From Terriglobia bacterium (GTDB lineage Bacteria > Acidobacteriota > Terriglobia > 20CM-2-55-15), in assembly GCA_963664115.2 (NCBI GenBank), contig CAXWPJ010000010.1, positions 128,001 through 192,000 of the forward strand: DNA of 64,000 bases, given 5' to 3'. Position numbers and translations under genes: made by a program. Under the pieces are notes generated by a model. The model did not search any database. It saw only the letters and a program-made list of their open reading frames with translations, and was not told the DNA's origin. This document shows positions 18,810 to 28,250 of the stretch, piece after piece. The stretch's first letter is position 1. Each line of letters starts with the position of its first letter.

Positions 18810-19520
18810 TCATTCGATCGACTCGATCACTTCGAGCAGGGCGGCCCTGGGTTCTTCGGCGCGGTTGACGTAACGGCCAACGACGAGCCAATCGGCACCG
18901 TCGTCGAGAGCTACTCGGGGAGTCGCGACGCGCTTCTGGTCATCTGCCGATTGCGTTGGCATGCGAACACCAGGTGTCACGATCATCGGCTTCGAACCCA
19001 AATCATTCCTCAACAGCCGTATTTCCGCCGCCGAACACACAACCCCGTCCGCACCCGCTTCAACAGCCATAAGGGCCAGACGCCGCACCTGATCGCCGGA
19101 CGTCCCGGTCACGCCGGTCCGCGATAGCGTTTCATCGTCAATGCTGGTGAGGACAGTCACGGCGACGACGACAGGCCGGTCCTCTCCGAATCGGTCTTCC
19201 AGAGCCTTCCGTGTGGACTGGATCATGTCGGAGCCACCCGAAGCGTGGATGGTCAGCATCGAGACACCGAGGCCCGCGGCTTCCAGAGCCGCCCTCGAAA
19301 CCGTGTTGGGAATATCGTGAAGTTTCAGATCCAGAAAGACGCGCTCGCCGCTATCGACAATGGTTCGGACAACTTCAGGGCCTTCGGCCATGAAGAGTTC
19401 GTTCCCCACCTTGAACATCCCGGCAAGACCCTTGAGTTGGGCCACAAGACCTAAGGCCCTCTCCTCTGAACCGACATCAAGAGCGACGATAACCGGACGG
19501 GCGTTACGTTCGGTGTGCAT
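18810..19520 (-). CDS. pyrF: Orotidine-5'-phosphate decarboxylase
   Basis: VALD, FLDLKLHDIPNTV, VTVLTS, VTPGVR, DDQKRV. Confidence 0.97.
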   Translation of the reverse strand: MHTERNARPVIVALDVGSEERALGLVAQLKGLAGMFKVGNELFMAEGPEVVRTIVDSGERVFLDLKLHDIPNTVSRAALEAAGLGVSMLTIHASGGSDMIQSTRKALEDRFGEDRPVVVAVTVLTSIDDETLSRTGVTGTSGDQVRRLALMAVEAGADGVVCSAAEIRLLRNDLGSKPMIVTPGVRMPTQSADDQKRVATPRVALDDGADWLVVGRYVNRAEEPRAALLEVIESIE

Positions 19521-20455
19521 CACGGGTCCGATTGTGCAGTGTCGATTCGCCCAACGAGGTCCTGCACTTTAGAAATGTTCTTCCGCTTCAAAAACTGTTC
19601 TATTTCCTGAACGATCCTGACGGACGAGCCCGGATCTTTGAAATGCGCCGTCCCGACCTGAACGGCTGACGCGCCTGCAAGGAAGTACTCGACGGCATCG
19701 TTTCCTGAATCGATGCCACCCAAACCGAAGATGGGAATCTTCACCTGATGCGCACACTCATAAACCATGCGGAGCGTGATCGGACGGATGGCCGATCCGG
19801 AAAGCCCGGCCGTGATGTTTTCAATGCGGGGTCGGTAAGTCTCCGTGTCAATCGCCATCGCGAGGTAAGTGTTAGCCACCGTGAGTGCATCGGCACCGGC
19901 GGCTTCCGCTGCATGAGCGATGGCCCCGATATCACTGACGTTGGGGGATAGCTTGACGATAAGCGGACGGGAGGAACGCGCCTTTACAAGGCCGACCAAT
20001 TCCCGTGTCGTGTCTTCTCGTGCCCCGTAGACCATTCCTCCCTGCTCTGTGTTCGGACAGGAAATGTTCAACTCGTAGGCGGCGATCCCATCGCAATCGT
20101 TCAAGCGCTCGACTACACTCAGGTATTCGTCAGCCGTGAATCCGAAAACGTTCACAAGAACCTGACAGCCGGCTTTCCTTAGGAAGGGCATCTTCTCCTT
20201 GATGAAGCGGTCCACTCCGACGTTCTGTAAACCGATGGAGTTCAACATGCCCGATGGTGTCGGAAAGAGGCGTGGGGAGGGATTCCCCTCGATGGGTTTC
20301 AGGGAGGTGCCTTTGACGGCGATGCCGCCCACCAGCGAAAGATCGATGAGGCCTTCAAACTCCTCACCGTAGCCGACGGTTCCGCTGGCGAGTATGACCG
20401 GATTCGGAAAATCTATCCCCGCAATTTCCACGGATAGGTCCGGAACCCTGCTCAT
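19520..20455 (-). CDS. pyrD: Dihydroorotate dehydrogenase, class 1
   Basis: NPVILASGT, LNSIGLQN, ELNISCPN, IVKLSPN, GLSG. Confidence 0.96.
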   Translation of the reverse strand: MSRVPDLSVEIAGIDFPNPVILASGTVGYGEEFEGLIDLSLVGGIAVKGTSLKPIEGNPSPRLFPTPSGMLNSIGLQNVGVDRFIKEKMPFLRKAGCQVLVNVFGFTADEYLSVVERLNDCDGIAAYELNISCPNTEQGGMVYGAREDTTRELVGLVKARSSRPLIVKLSPNVSDIGAIAHAAEAAGADALTVANTYLAMAIDTETYRPRIENITAGLSGSAIRPITLRMVYECAHQVKIPIFGLGGIDSGNDAVEYFLAGASAVQVGTAHFKDPGSSVRIVQEIEQFLKRKNISKVQDLVGRIDTAQSDP

Positions 20456-20488
20456 ACCGAAATGAATCTATCATATAATCTTAGATTG

Positions 20489-21034
20489 ATGGCACTGAAG
20501 GTCCGCTACCAGTTGATGAGCGCCGACGAGATGCGGCAAACGCTGGAAGCGATGACTTCGGAAATCCTCACCGCCAATCCCGACCGACCCGTCATCCTGC
20601 TTGGTATCGAACGCAGAGGCGGCCCCTTGGCGCATCGCCTGTCTGAAATAATGGAAGCCCGGGGTACGGCGACCGCGGTCGGCACGCTCGACATCAATCT
20701 CTACCGCGACGATCTGACGATGGTGTCGGCACAGCCCGTTGTCCGGAAGACGGAACTACCAACCGATATCACGAATAAAAACGTCATCTTAGTCGACGAC
20801 GTGCTCTACACGGGCCGGACCATTCGGGCAGCGATGGAAGCACTGAACGACTACGGCAGAATACGGTCACTGCAATTGGCTGTTCTCATCGACCGGGGAC
20901 ATCGCGAACTACCGATTCAGCCGAACTTCGTGGGCCGCACTGTGGAGTCCGAACGCGACGAAATTATCGACGTCCGTGTCACAGAAGTAGATGGCCAAGA
21001 TGGTGGCTGGGTGATGGACAAGGTCGGAGAATGA
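20489..21034 (+). CDS. pyrR: PyrR bifunctional regulator / uracil phosphoribosyltransferase
   Basis: [36 protein letters not shown]. Confidence 0.97.
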   Translation: MALKVRYQLMSADEMRQTLEAMTSEILTANPDRPVILLGIERRGGPLAHRLSEIMEARGTATAVGTLDINLYRDDLTMVSAQPVVRKTELPTDITNKNVILVDDVLYTGRTIRAAMEALNDYGRIRSLQLAVLIDRGHRELPIQPNFVGRTVESERDEIIDVRVTEVDGQDGGWVMDKVGE

Positions 21035-21978
21035 GCGCCGAGCTAAAGGAAAAACAGGACCTGCTTGGAATCGCAGGAATGGGGACGGACGAGATCGTTC
21101 AGATACTCGAGTCTGCGGAAACCTTCGAGGAAATCACCAAACGGCCTGTCAAAAAGGTGCCGACACTGCGGGGCAAGACAATAATCAACCTTTTCTTCGA
21201 AGCCTCAACACGAACGCGGACTTCGTTCGAAGTCGCGGGAAAGAGACTCTCTGCCGATGTGATCAACGTGTCATCGACGGGGAGTAGCGTCTCCAAAGGG
21301 GAAACTCTCCGGGACACCGCGCAGACGCTCGATGCGATGGCACCGGACTGTATCGTAATCCGACACGGCTCAGCCGGGGTACCCTATGAAATTGCGAAAC
21401 ACACGCGGGCCTCGGTCATAAACGCCGGTGACGGCGCTCACGAGCATCCCACACAAGCACTCCTGGACGCCTTCACGATACGCAAGCACAAAGGCCGCCT
21501 CGACAGCCTCAAAGTAGCCATCGTGGGGGACATTCTTCATAGCCGGGTTGCACGATCCAATCTCCTGGCGCTCACGGCGTTCGAATCTCATGTCTGGCTC
21601 GCGGGACCACCCACCTTGCTGCCTCCCGACATCGGTCAAATCAACTGCAAAGAGAATCCCTTCGTCCATCTGACCCACTCGATGGACGAAGCTCTCGCCG
21701 ATGCCGATGTCATCATGATGCTGCGAATCCAGTTCGAGCGGATGGTCGACTCGTTCTTCCCGTCGACACGGGAGTACTTCAGATACTTCGGACTGACAAC
21801 GAAGCGCATTCAACTGGCGAAACCAGATGTCATTGTGATGCATCCGGGTCCCATGAACCGGGGCATCGAAATCGACGCCGAAGTAGCCGATGGGCCGTAC
21901 TCGGTGATCCTCGATCAGGTTTCCGCGGGTGTAGCAGTCCGAATGGCAATCCTTTACCGTCTCATGGGAGGAGTTTAA
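21031..21978 (+). CDS. pyrB: Aspartate carbamoyltransferase
   Basis: [36 protein letters not shown]. Confidence 0.98.
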   Translation: MSAELKEKQDLLGIAGMGTDEIVQILESAETFEEITKRPVKKVPTLRGKTIINLFFEASTRTRTSFEVAGKRLSADVINVSSTGSSVSKGETLRDTAQTLDAMAPDCIVIRHGSAGVPYEIAKHTRASVINAGDGAHEHPTQALLDAFTIRKHKGRLDSLKVAIVGDILHSRVARSNLLALTAFESHVWLAGPPTLLPPDIGQINCKENPFVHLTHSMDEALADADVIMMLRIQFERMVDSFFPSTREYFRYFGLTTKRIQLAKPDVIVMHPGPMNRGIEIDAEVADGPYSVILDQVSAGVAVRMAILYRLMGGV

Positions 21979-23258
21979 TGTCTCTGAAGGAAGCAAAACG
22001 GATCGTCATCCGGGGCGGTCGCCTGATCGATCCGGAACGTGGGATCGATCAGCTTGGAGACCTGCTGATCGAGAACGGAAAGATCCAGGCCGTCGGTGAA
22101 GTGGACGTTACCGACGCCGCAACTCTCGACACTGAGGGGCTCGTTGTCGCTCCGGGATTTTTCGATATTCACGTCCACCTCCGCGAGCCGGGCACCGAAG
22201 AAGCCGAAACCATTCGTACGGGTGGAGAGGCAGCCGCTGCCGGCGGTTTTACGGCCGTCGCAGCGATGCCCAACACGCGACCGCCGATCGATAACGCTTC
22301 ACTGGCACAGTTCGTCGTTTCCGAGGCGCGCCGCCATTCTCCGACACGAGTGTTTCCGATTGGCGCAATTACCGAAGGACAGGCTGGCGAAACCCTTGCT
22401 GAAATCGGCGAAATGGTTGCCGAAGGTATCGTCGCCATTTCCGACGATGGCAAACCCGTCATGAACGCGCGCATCTTCCGCCGGGCCATGGAGTACTCCA
22501 AGCTGTTTGACCTTCCCGTGATCCAACATTGCGAAGACCTGGATTTGTCTTCGGGCGGCGTCATGCACGAAGGAGCGGTCTCGACTCGGATGGGGCTCAA
22601 AGGCATTCCGGCCGCCGCAGAGGATTCCATCGTCGCCAGAGACCTCACGCTGACCGAGCTCACCGGCGCCAAGTACCACGTGGCCCACCTGAGTACAGCC
22701 GGGGCTGTAGAGATGATACGACGCGCCAAGTCAAAGGGTCTTGCTGTCACAGCCGAAGCCACACCCCATCACTTCACGCTGACCGAAAATGCTGTCGAGG
22801 GTTACAACACGAACGCCAAGATGAAACCACCGCTCCGGTCGCAAGAAGATGTGGATGCCGTGATCCGAGGACTCCGCGATGGTACGGTGGACGCTATCGC
22901 CACCGACCATGCGCCCCACCACGCGAACCTCAAAATGTTAGAATTTGACCGGGCACCGTTCGGTATTACTGGCTTGGAAACCGCCGTTGGACTCGCGATG
23001 ACCCGACTGAATCCTTCGCTCGAGCGACTTGTCGAGTTATTCTCGATCAACCCGCAACGGATCATGAGGGTTGAACCCTGGGGGCTCTACGCCGGATCCA
23101 CGGCGGACGTGACGATCATCGACCCTGCCAGGGAATGGAAGTTTGACCTGGAATCGTCGCGGTCGCTCAGTCGGAATAGCCCGTTCGATGGCTGGACGTT
23201 CAAGGGTAAAGCCGTCGCGACGATCGTCGGTGGTAGCGTTGTTTATGAAGATCTATAG
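21978..23258 (+). CDS. pyrC: Dihydroorotase
   Basis: DIHVHLREPG, MPNT, KMKPPLR, ATDHAPH. Confidence 0.97.
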   Translation: MSLKEAKRIVIRGGRLIDPERGIDQLGDLLIENGKIQAVGEVDVTDAATLDTEGLVVAPGFFDIHVHLREPGTEEAETIRTGGEAAAAGGFTAVAAMPNTRPPIDNASLAQFVVSEARRHSPTRVFPIGAITEGQAGETLAEIGEMVAEGIVAISDDGKPVMNARIFRRAMEYSKLFDLPVIQHCEDLDLSSGGVMHEGAVSTRMGLKGIPAAAEDSIVARDLTLTELTGAKYHVAHLSTAGAVEMIRRAKSKGLAVTAEATPHHFTLTENAVEGYNTNAKMKPPLRSQEDVDAVIRGLRDGTVDAIATDHAPHHANLKMLEFDRAPFGITGLETAVGLAMTRLNPSLERLVELFSINPQRIMRVEPWGLYAGSTADVTIIDPAREWKFDLESSRSLSRNSPFDGWTFKGKAVATIVGGSVVYEDL

Positions 23259-24543
23259 ACGATATCTGATTGGTCTTATAGTGCTTCTGTTCCTGGAAGT
23301 CCCCACGGCGTTGGGACAGACGCCCACCGAACGCGTCGCCAGGATCCAGGCAGATGAAGGCTACCAGCGAGCGCTGGCGTTCATAGACGAAGACTACCCC
23401 CTGTTCGTCGAGGAACTAATTGAACTGACTGAGATTCCCGCTCCTCCGTTTATGGAGTCCGAACGCGGGACGGCTTACCTGGAGAAACTTCAGGAACTGG
23501 GACTGGAATCTTTGGAAATCGATGCCGTAGGCAACGTCATGGGCATCCGCCCCGGGGGTAACGGCCCCTTGCTCGCCGTAGCAGCTCACCTCGACACTGT
23601 CTTTCCCGAAGGCACCGATGTTCGTGTCCGGCGTGAGGGCACACGGCTATCGGCGCCGGGGATCGGCGACGACACGGCCGGATTGGCCGTGTTGCTGGCT
23701 GTAATCCGCGCGATGGACGCCGCCGGAATCCAAACCTCTGGAGACATTCTCTTTGTAGGTAACGTTGGCGAGGAAGGCCCGGGCGACCTCCGCGGCATAA
23801 AGAACCTTTTCCTCGAAGGACCGTACAGTGATCGGATCGATGGGTTCGTTTCCGTCGAAGGCGGGCGTCAGGTGGACATCACCAACGCCGCTCTCGGAAG
23901 TAAGCGATACCGTGTTACTTTCTCCGGACCCGGCGGACACAGTTACAACGCATTCGGACTGGTCAGTCCTGCATTCGCCATGGGCAACGCAATCCGGAAG
24001 CTGTCGGACCTCGAAGTCTCTGAGGACCCCAAGACAACGTACAACGTGGGGGTCATCGGGGGCGGCACCTCGGTCAACTCAATTCCTTTCGAATCGTGGA
24101 TGGAAGTCGATATACGTTCTGAAGAGCGAGAACGACTCGCGAGCGTCTCAGAAACTTTCCTCGAATTAATGTACGAAGCTGTGGCTGAGGAAAACGCAGC
24201 ACGATCCACGGGACAAGGCCCGATTGAACTCGACATCGAGATCATCGGAGATAGACCGTCGGGAGAAATTTCGTTAGACACGCCCCTGGTCGAAAACACT
24301 GCGGCCGCCTTCCGCGCTTTCGGAATCGAACCCACATACAGCCGCTCCAGTACCGACTCCAACATTCCGATCAGCCTGGGAATTCCCGCCGTCACGATCG
24401 ACCGGGGAGGCATGGGCGGCCGCAGTCACTCACTGGACGAATGGGTGGATGTGGAAAAGCCGGGAACCGTCAAGGGCATCGGATTGGTCCTGACCACCAT
24501 TCTTGCCATCACCGGTCTGGAAGAAACACGCTCTACAGACTAA
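23245..24543 (+). CDS. Secreted M20/M28-family metallopeptidase
   Basis: Signal peptide MKIYRRYLIG...; AHLDTVF, APGIGDD, GEEG.GDL, GGHS, STDSN, HSLDEW. Confidence 0.9.
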   Translation: MKIYRRYLIGLIVLLFLEVPTALGQTPTERVARIQADEGYQRALAFIDEDYPLFVEELIELTEIPAPPFMESERGTAYLEKLQELGLESLEIDAVGNVMGIRPGGNGPLLAVAAHLDTVFPEGTDVRVRREGTRLSAPGIGDDTAGLAVLLAVIRAMDAAGIQTSGDILFVGNVGEEGPGDLRGIKNLFLEGPYSDRIDGFVSVEGGRQVDITNAALGSKRYRVTFSGPGGHSYNAFGLVSPAFAMGNAIRKLSDLEVSEDPKTTYNVGVIGGGTSVNSIPFESWMEVDIRSEERERLASVSETFLELMYEAVAEENAARSTGQGPIELDIEIIGDRPSGEISLDTPLVENTAAAFRAFGIEPTYSRSSTDSNIPISLGIPAVTIDRGGMGGRSHSLDEWVDVEKPGTVKGIGLVLTTILAITGLEETRSTD

Positions 24544-24558
24544 GACCAAAGACAGCTC

Positions 24559-24645
24559 AACACGAAGTTAACGAAGGTATCGAAGAACCACGAAGGCTCT
24601 TTAGCCCGATGCTTATCCACTTCGTCACCTTCGTGTCTTCGTGTT
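24559..24645. repeat. AACACGAAG-type palindromic repeat element
   Basis: AACACGAAGTTAACGAAG...CTTCGTCACCTTCGTGTCTTCGTGTT between convergent genes. Confidence 0.75.
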
Positions 24646-24685
24646 AGAAATCCCCTCTTTTGCTTCTGAGGAAACGGCGAAGAAA

Positions 24686-27121
24686 CTAGCCGACGACCAG
24701 GTTCAGAATTTTGTTCTTAACGTAGATCTTCTTCCGGATCTCTCTACCCTCCAGATGCCGGCTAACGACGGCGCTTTCCATCGCCGCGCCGACGACAACC
24801 GATTCTTCAGAATCGGCGTCAACGGTGACCTTGTCGCGCATCTTTCCGTTGATCTGAACAGCCACCGTAACGGTGTCGAACTTGGTCTGGGTTTCATCCC
24901 AGTCCGGCCAAGTCTGATTGAAAATCGATGGTTCGTGACCCATAGTCGCCCACAATTCCTCGGCGAAATGAGGCGCGAAGGGGGACATCAGAATCAAGAA
25001 TACCTCGACAGTCTCACGATCCGGTGCGTCTCCGATCGCCAACACTTCGTTCAGAAACTCCATCATCGCACTGACAACCGTATTCAGACGAAACGCTTCA
25101 AGCCGCTCGGTGACCTTTTTGACCAGGATATGCCGCTGGGTCAGCATTTCTCGAGAAGGGATCTCCGACCATGCCCCGTTGTGGTCGAGAACCCAGTTCC
25201 AGGCACGTTTCAGGAAGCGATGGACTCCATCGATGCCACGGTCGCTCCATTCGGCGTCCATCTCGGGCGGACCGACAAAAAGCTCATATAGCCGAAGGGA
25301 GTCGCAGCCATGGCTTCGTACCAGATCGTCCGGGTTGACGACGTTGCCTTTAGATTTGGACATCTTCTCGACACGCCCACCTTTTCCCTTGCGGGTGATC
25401 ATGCCCTGATTCAAGAGACGGACGAAGGGCTCTTCGAACTCGACCACGTCGATGTCGTAGAGGAACATCGTGAAAAAACGCGCATAGAGAAGGTGAAGGA
25501 TGGCATGTTCGACTCCGCCAACATACATGTCGACCGGCAACCAAACTTTTCCAGATTCGCTCAATAGTTGGTCGTCGTCTCGGGGCGAGGTGTAGCGGAG
25601 GAAGTACCAGGACGACCCGGCCCACTGCGGCATGACGTCAGTATCACGACGGCCCTCCGCACCGCAAACCGGACACGGGACCCGCACCCATTCTTCCATG
25701 GCTGCCAGTGGCGACTCGCCCGTGCCCGTAGGTTCGTAACGGTCTACATCCGGCAGTCGAACCGGAAGATCGGCTTCGTCCACAGGAACTGGCCCACATT
25801 TGGTGCAGTGGATAATCGGAATGGGTTCACCCCAATAACGCTGGCGCGAGAATATCCAATCGCGCAGCCGGTATTGAACGGTTCCCTTTCCGAGCTGCTT
25901 GTCTTCGAGAAAAGCAACGACTGCCTTCCTTCCAGCGGTCGAGTCCATACCGCTGAACTCTCCAGACTGGATCATCTCTCCATCGCCGACGTAGGCAGCG
26001 TCGGAGACGCCTTCCTCGGATGCAATTACCTCGCGAATTTCCAAATCGAACTTCCTGGCGAACGCGTAATCCCGTTCGTCGTGAGCTGGAACTGCCATGA
26101 TCGCCCCTGTTCCGTAACCCATGAGTACGTAGTCGGCGACCCATATGGGGATCTTCTCGCCGTTGACCGGGTTGAGAGCGTAGGAACCGGTGAACAGACC
26201 TGATTTCTCCTTCAACACCGTCGTCCGGTCGACGTCCGACTGAATTCGCGCCACTTCGACGTAAGCGGCGACTTCCTCCGCCCGGTCGGTGTCTGTCAGG
26301 GTAGGTACCAAGGGATGTTCCGGCGCCAGCACCATGTAGGTCGCGCCAAATAGCGTGTCGGGGCGGGTCGTAAATATGACCAATGGATGCTCGTTCCCGT
26401 CAGGATCCACGGCCGTAAACGTCGTTTCCGCACCTTCGGACTTACCAATCCAGTTCCGCTGCATCGTCTTGACCTTTTCGGGCCATTCCAGCGGTTCCAG
26501 ACCATCCAGCAACCGGTCCGCATATTTCGTAATCCGCAGCATCCACTGCCGCATGTCCTTCTTCCCGACCAGCGTTCCACACCGATCACACTCACCGTTT
26601 ACAACTTCTTCATTCGCGAGACCGGTCTTACAGCTGGGACACCAGTTAATAGGCATGGCGGCCTGGTAAGCCAGACCTTCTTTGAACATCTTGACGAAAA
26701 TCCATTGTGTCCACTTGTAATAGTCCGGATCCGTCGTGTCGATCTCACGGCTCCAGTCGTACATGGGACTCATTTCGTTGAGCTGCCGCCTGAAGTTTTC
26801 GATGTTGCGGCGGGTGTTGATGGCCGGGTGGATGCCGTTCTTTATCGCGTCGTTTTCGGCAGGAAGACCGAACGCATCCCATCCCATGGGATGCAGAACG
26901 TTGAAACCTCGAAGAACCTTGTAACGAGACCATGCGTCCGGGAGGACATAGCTACGCCAGTGACCCACGTGGAGGCCCGCTCCCGACGTGTATGGGAACA
27001 TGTCCAGACAGTAGTACTTGGGACGCGGATCGTCGTCGCGGGTCTCATAGAGATTCGTATCAACCCAGTATTGCCGCCATTTTTTTTCGACTTTCTCAAA
27101 GTCGTACGCAACTTCAGACAT
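24686..27121 (-). CDS. leuS: Leucyl-tRNA synthetase
   Basis: MFPY.SG..LHVGH, WDAFGLPAEN, FTTRPDT, SRQRYWG, KMSKS. Confidence 0.98.
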   Translation of the reverse strand: MSEVAYDFEKVEKKWRQYWVDTNLYETRDDDPRPKYYCLDMFPYTSGAGLHVGHWRSYVLPDAWSRYKVLRGFNVLHPMGWDAFGLPAENDAIKNGIHPAINTRRNIENFRRQLNEMSPMYDWSREIDTTDPDYYKWTQWIFVKMFKEGLAYQAAMPINWCPSCKTGLANEEVVNGECDRCGTLVGKKDMRQWMLRITKYADRLLDGLEPLEWPEKVKTMQRNWIGKSEGAETTFTAVDPDGNEHPLVIFTTRPDTLFGATYMVLAPEHPLVPTLTDTDRAEEVAAYVEVARIQSDVDRTTVLKEKSGLFTGSYALNPVNGEKIPIWVADYVLMGYGTGAIMAVPAHDERDYAFARKFDLEIREVIASEEGVSDAAYVGDGEMIQSGEFSGMDSTAGRKAVVAFLEDKQLGKGTVQYRLRDWIFSRQRYWGEPIPIIHCTKCGPVPVDEADLPVRLPDVDRYEPTGTGESPLAAMEEWVRVPCPVCGAEGRRDTDVMPQWAGSSWYFLRYTSPRDDDQLLSESGKVWLPVDMYVGGVEHAILHLLYARFFTMFLYDIDVVEFEEPFVRLLNQGMITRKGKGGRVEKMSKSKGNVVNPDDLVRSHGCDSLRLYELFVGPPEMDAEWSDRGIDGVHRFLKRAWNWVLDHNGAWSEIPSREMLTQRHILVKKVTERLEAFRLNTVVSAMMEFLNEVLAIGDAPDRETVEVFLILMSPFAPHFAEELWATMGHEPSIFNQTWPDWDETQTKFDTVTVAVQINGKMRDKVTVDADSEESVVVGAAMESAVVSRHLEGREIRKKIYVKNKILNLVVG

Positions 27122-27135
27122 CGTTCCTCAGAAAA

Positions 27136-27212
27136 GGGGTCAGAGCCCTATTTCCCAAGATTCGCGCTACATTTATTCCAGTTAAAAAATGGGGAAATAG
27201 GGCTCTGACCCC
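27136..27212. repeat. REP-like doublet (21-bp perfect inverted repeat)
   Basis: GGGGTCAGAGCCCTATTTCCC ... GGGAAATAGGGCTCTGACCCC. Confidence 0.85.
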
Positions 27213-27225
27213 ATTTATTCCATGG

Positions 27226-27957
27226 TCATACGACTTCGAAGGGATGATCTAGGTTTTCCGGATCGTACAGGATGCGACGACAGCTCTCACACGCGATGAT
27301 GTTGTCGTTTCTGCGAACTTCCTGAAAGACTTGCAGCCGCATGCGAACGTTACAAACATCACACGCTTCGTCACTGGCGGATGCCAGGGCGATTCCGCCC
27401 CGCGCTTTGCGCACTCTTTCGTAATGCGTGAGTATGTCCTCACTGACCTGTTTCTCCAAACTTGTCCGCTCTTCGATATAGGCCTCAAGCGTTGCCGTGT
27501 CCTTGAGGTTAATCTCTTCCAGGCTGACGCGATCGGTCTGGACAATCTTTTCGTCTTCGCGCAGAACAGACTCTGCAGCTTTTAAGTCCTCGGCCAGAGT
27601 CTCGGATACTTCCATCAGGGTAAGGGTCTGGTCTTCTTCCTTGCTGATCGCCTCCTGGCTGTAGTCGATCTCCTTGACCATCGCCTTGTATTCCTCGTTG
27701 GTCTTCACCGACATCAACTGCTCCCGGTACTTGGAGATCTTAGCTTCAAGGTCCGTGACTTTGGTTTCCAGTTCCTTGCGGCCGGACTGATTGTTCTTGA
27801 TCGCGTCCTTAACCCTTTCCACCCCCGCAAGCGCATTGCTGAGCTTTTCGTCCAAAGCCTTGGACTTCGCGGGAAACGCGCCCGTCGTCGCACGCAGTTC
27901 CTGGATTGCCAAGTCAACGGCCTGCAATCGAATCAGTTTCTTAAGGTCAATATGCAT
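27226..27957 (-). CDS. Coiled-coil / C4 zinc-ribbon protein (CT398/DUF164 family)
   Basis: L..LQ.VD, coiled coil with VKTNEEYKA, CDVC...CESCRRILY. Confidence 0.92.
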   Translation of the reverse strand: MHIDLKKLIRLQAVDLAIQELRATTGAFPAKSKALDEKLSNALAGVERVKDAIKNNQSGRKELETKVTDLEAKISKYREQLMSVKTNEEYKAMVKEIDYSQEAISKEEDQTLTLMEVSETLAEDLKAAESVLREDEKIVQTDRVSLEEINLKDTATLEAYIEERTSLEKQVSEDILTHYERVRKARGGIALASASDEACDVCNVRMRLQVFQEVRRNDNIIACESCRRILYDPENLDHPFEVV

Positions 27958-28047
27958 TCATGCTTCGTGGACTGCGTAGGCTTCCTGGGAGGGTTCGTCG
28001 AGCAGAGCTTTCACGTGGAGATTAGGACCAGCACGTCTATTCGTCAT
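27958..28047 (-). CDS. Putative 29-aa small protein abutting the zinc-ribbon gene
   Basis: SD GAGGTG then ATG; MTNRRAGPNLHVKALLDEPSQEAYAVHEA*; its TGA is directly followed by the next ATG. Confidence 0.4.
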   Translation of the reverse strand: MTNRRAGPNLHVKALLDEPSQEAYAVHEA

Positions 28048-28089
28048 AGTGCTCACCTCAAACAATTCCCCACAGTCGTGTCCCCGAAA

Positions 28090-28163
28090 TGGGCCCAGTA
28101 GGACTCGAACCTACGACAACCCGGTTATGAGCCGGGGGCTCTAACCGACTGAGCTATGGGCCC
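28090..28163 (-). tRNA. tRNA with CAT anticodon, probably tRNA-Ile2 (lysidine); CCA not encoded
   Basis: GGGCCCATAGCTCAGTCGGTTAGAGC CCCGG-CTCATAA-CCGGG ...GGTTCGAGTCC...GGGCCCA; lies downstream of rpoD as ileX does. Confidence 0.93.
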
Positions 28164-28167
28164 GTGT

Positions 28168-28238
28168 ACGCGGATTACACAGATTGATCGCCTCGCAATC
28201 CGTGTCAACATTCCATGTAATCCGCACAAACAATCTGA
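28168..28238. repeat. CGGATTACACAGAT-type palindromic repeat (resembles the Acido-Lenti-1 hairpin type)
   Basis: GCGGATTACACAGAT ... ATCCGTGT ... TGTAATCCGC. Confidence 0.5.
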
Positions 28239-28250
28239 CTAGTCCGCATT

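Noticed and set aside
28090-28163. tRNA as a prophage or island attachment site
   Set aside because: No integrase, no duplicated tRNA 3' end, and core genes on both sides
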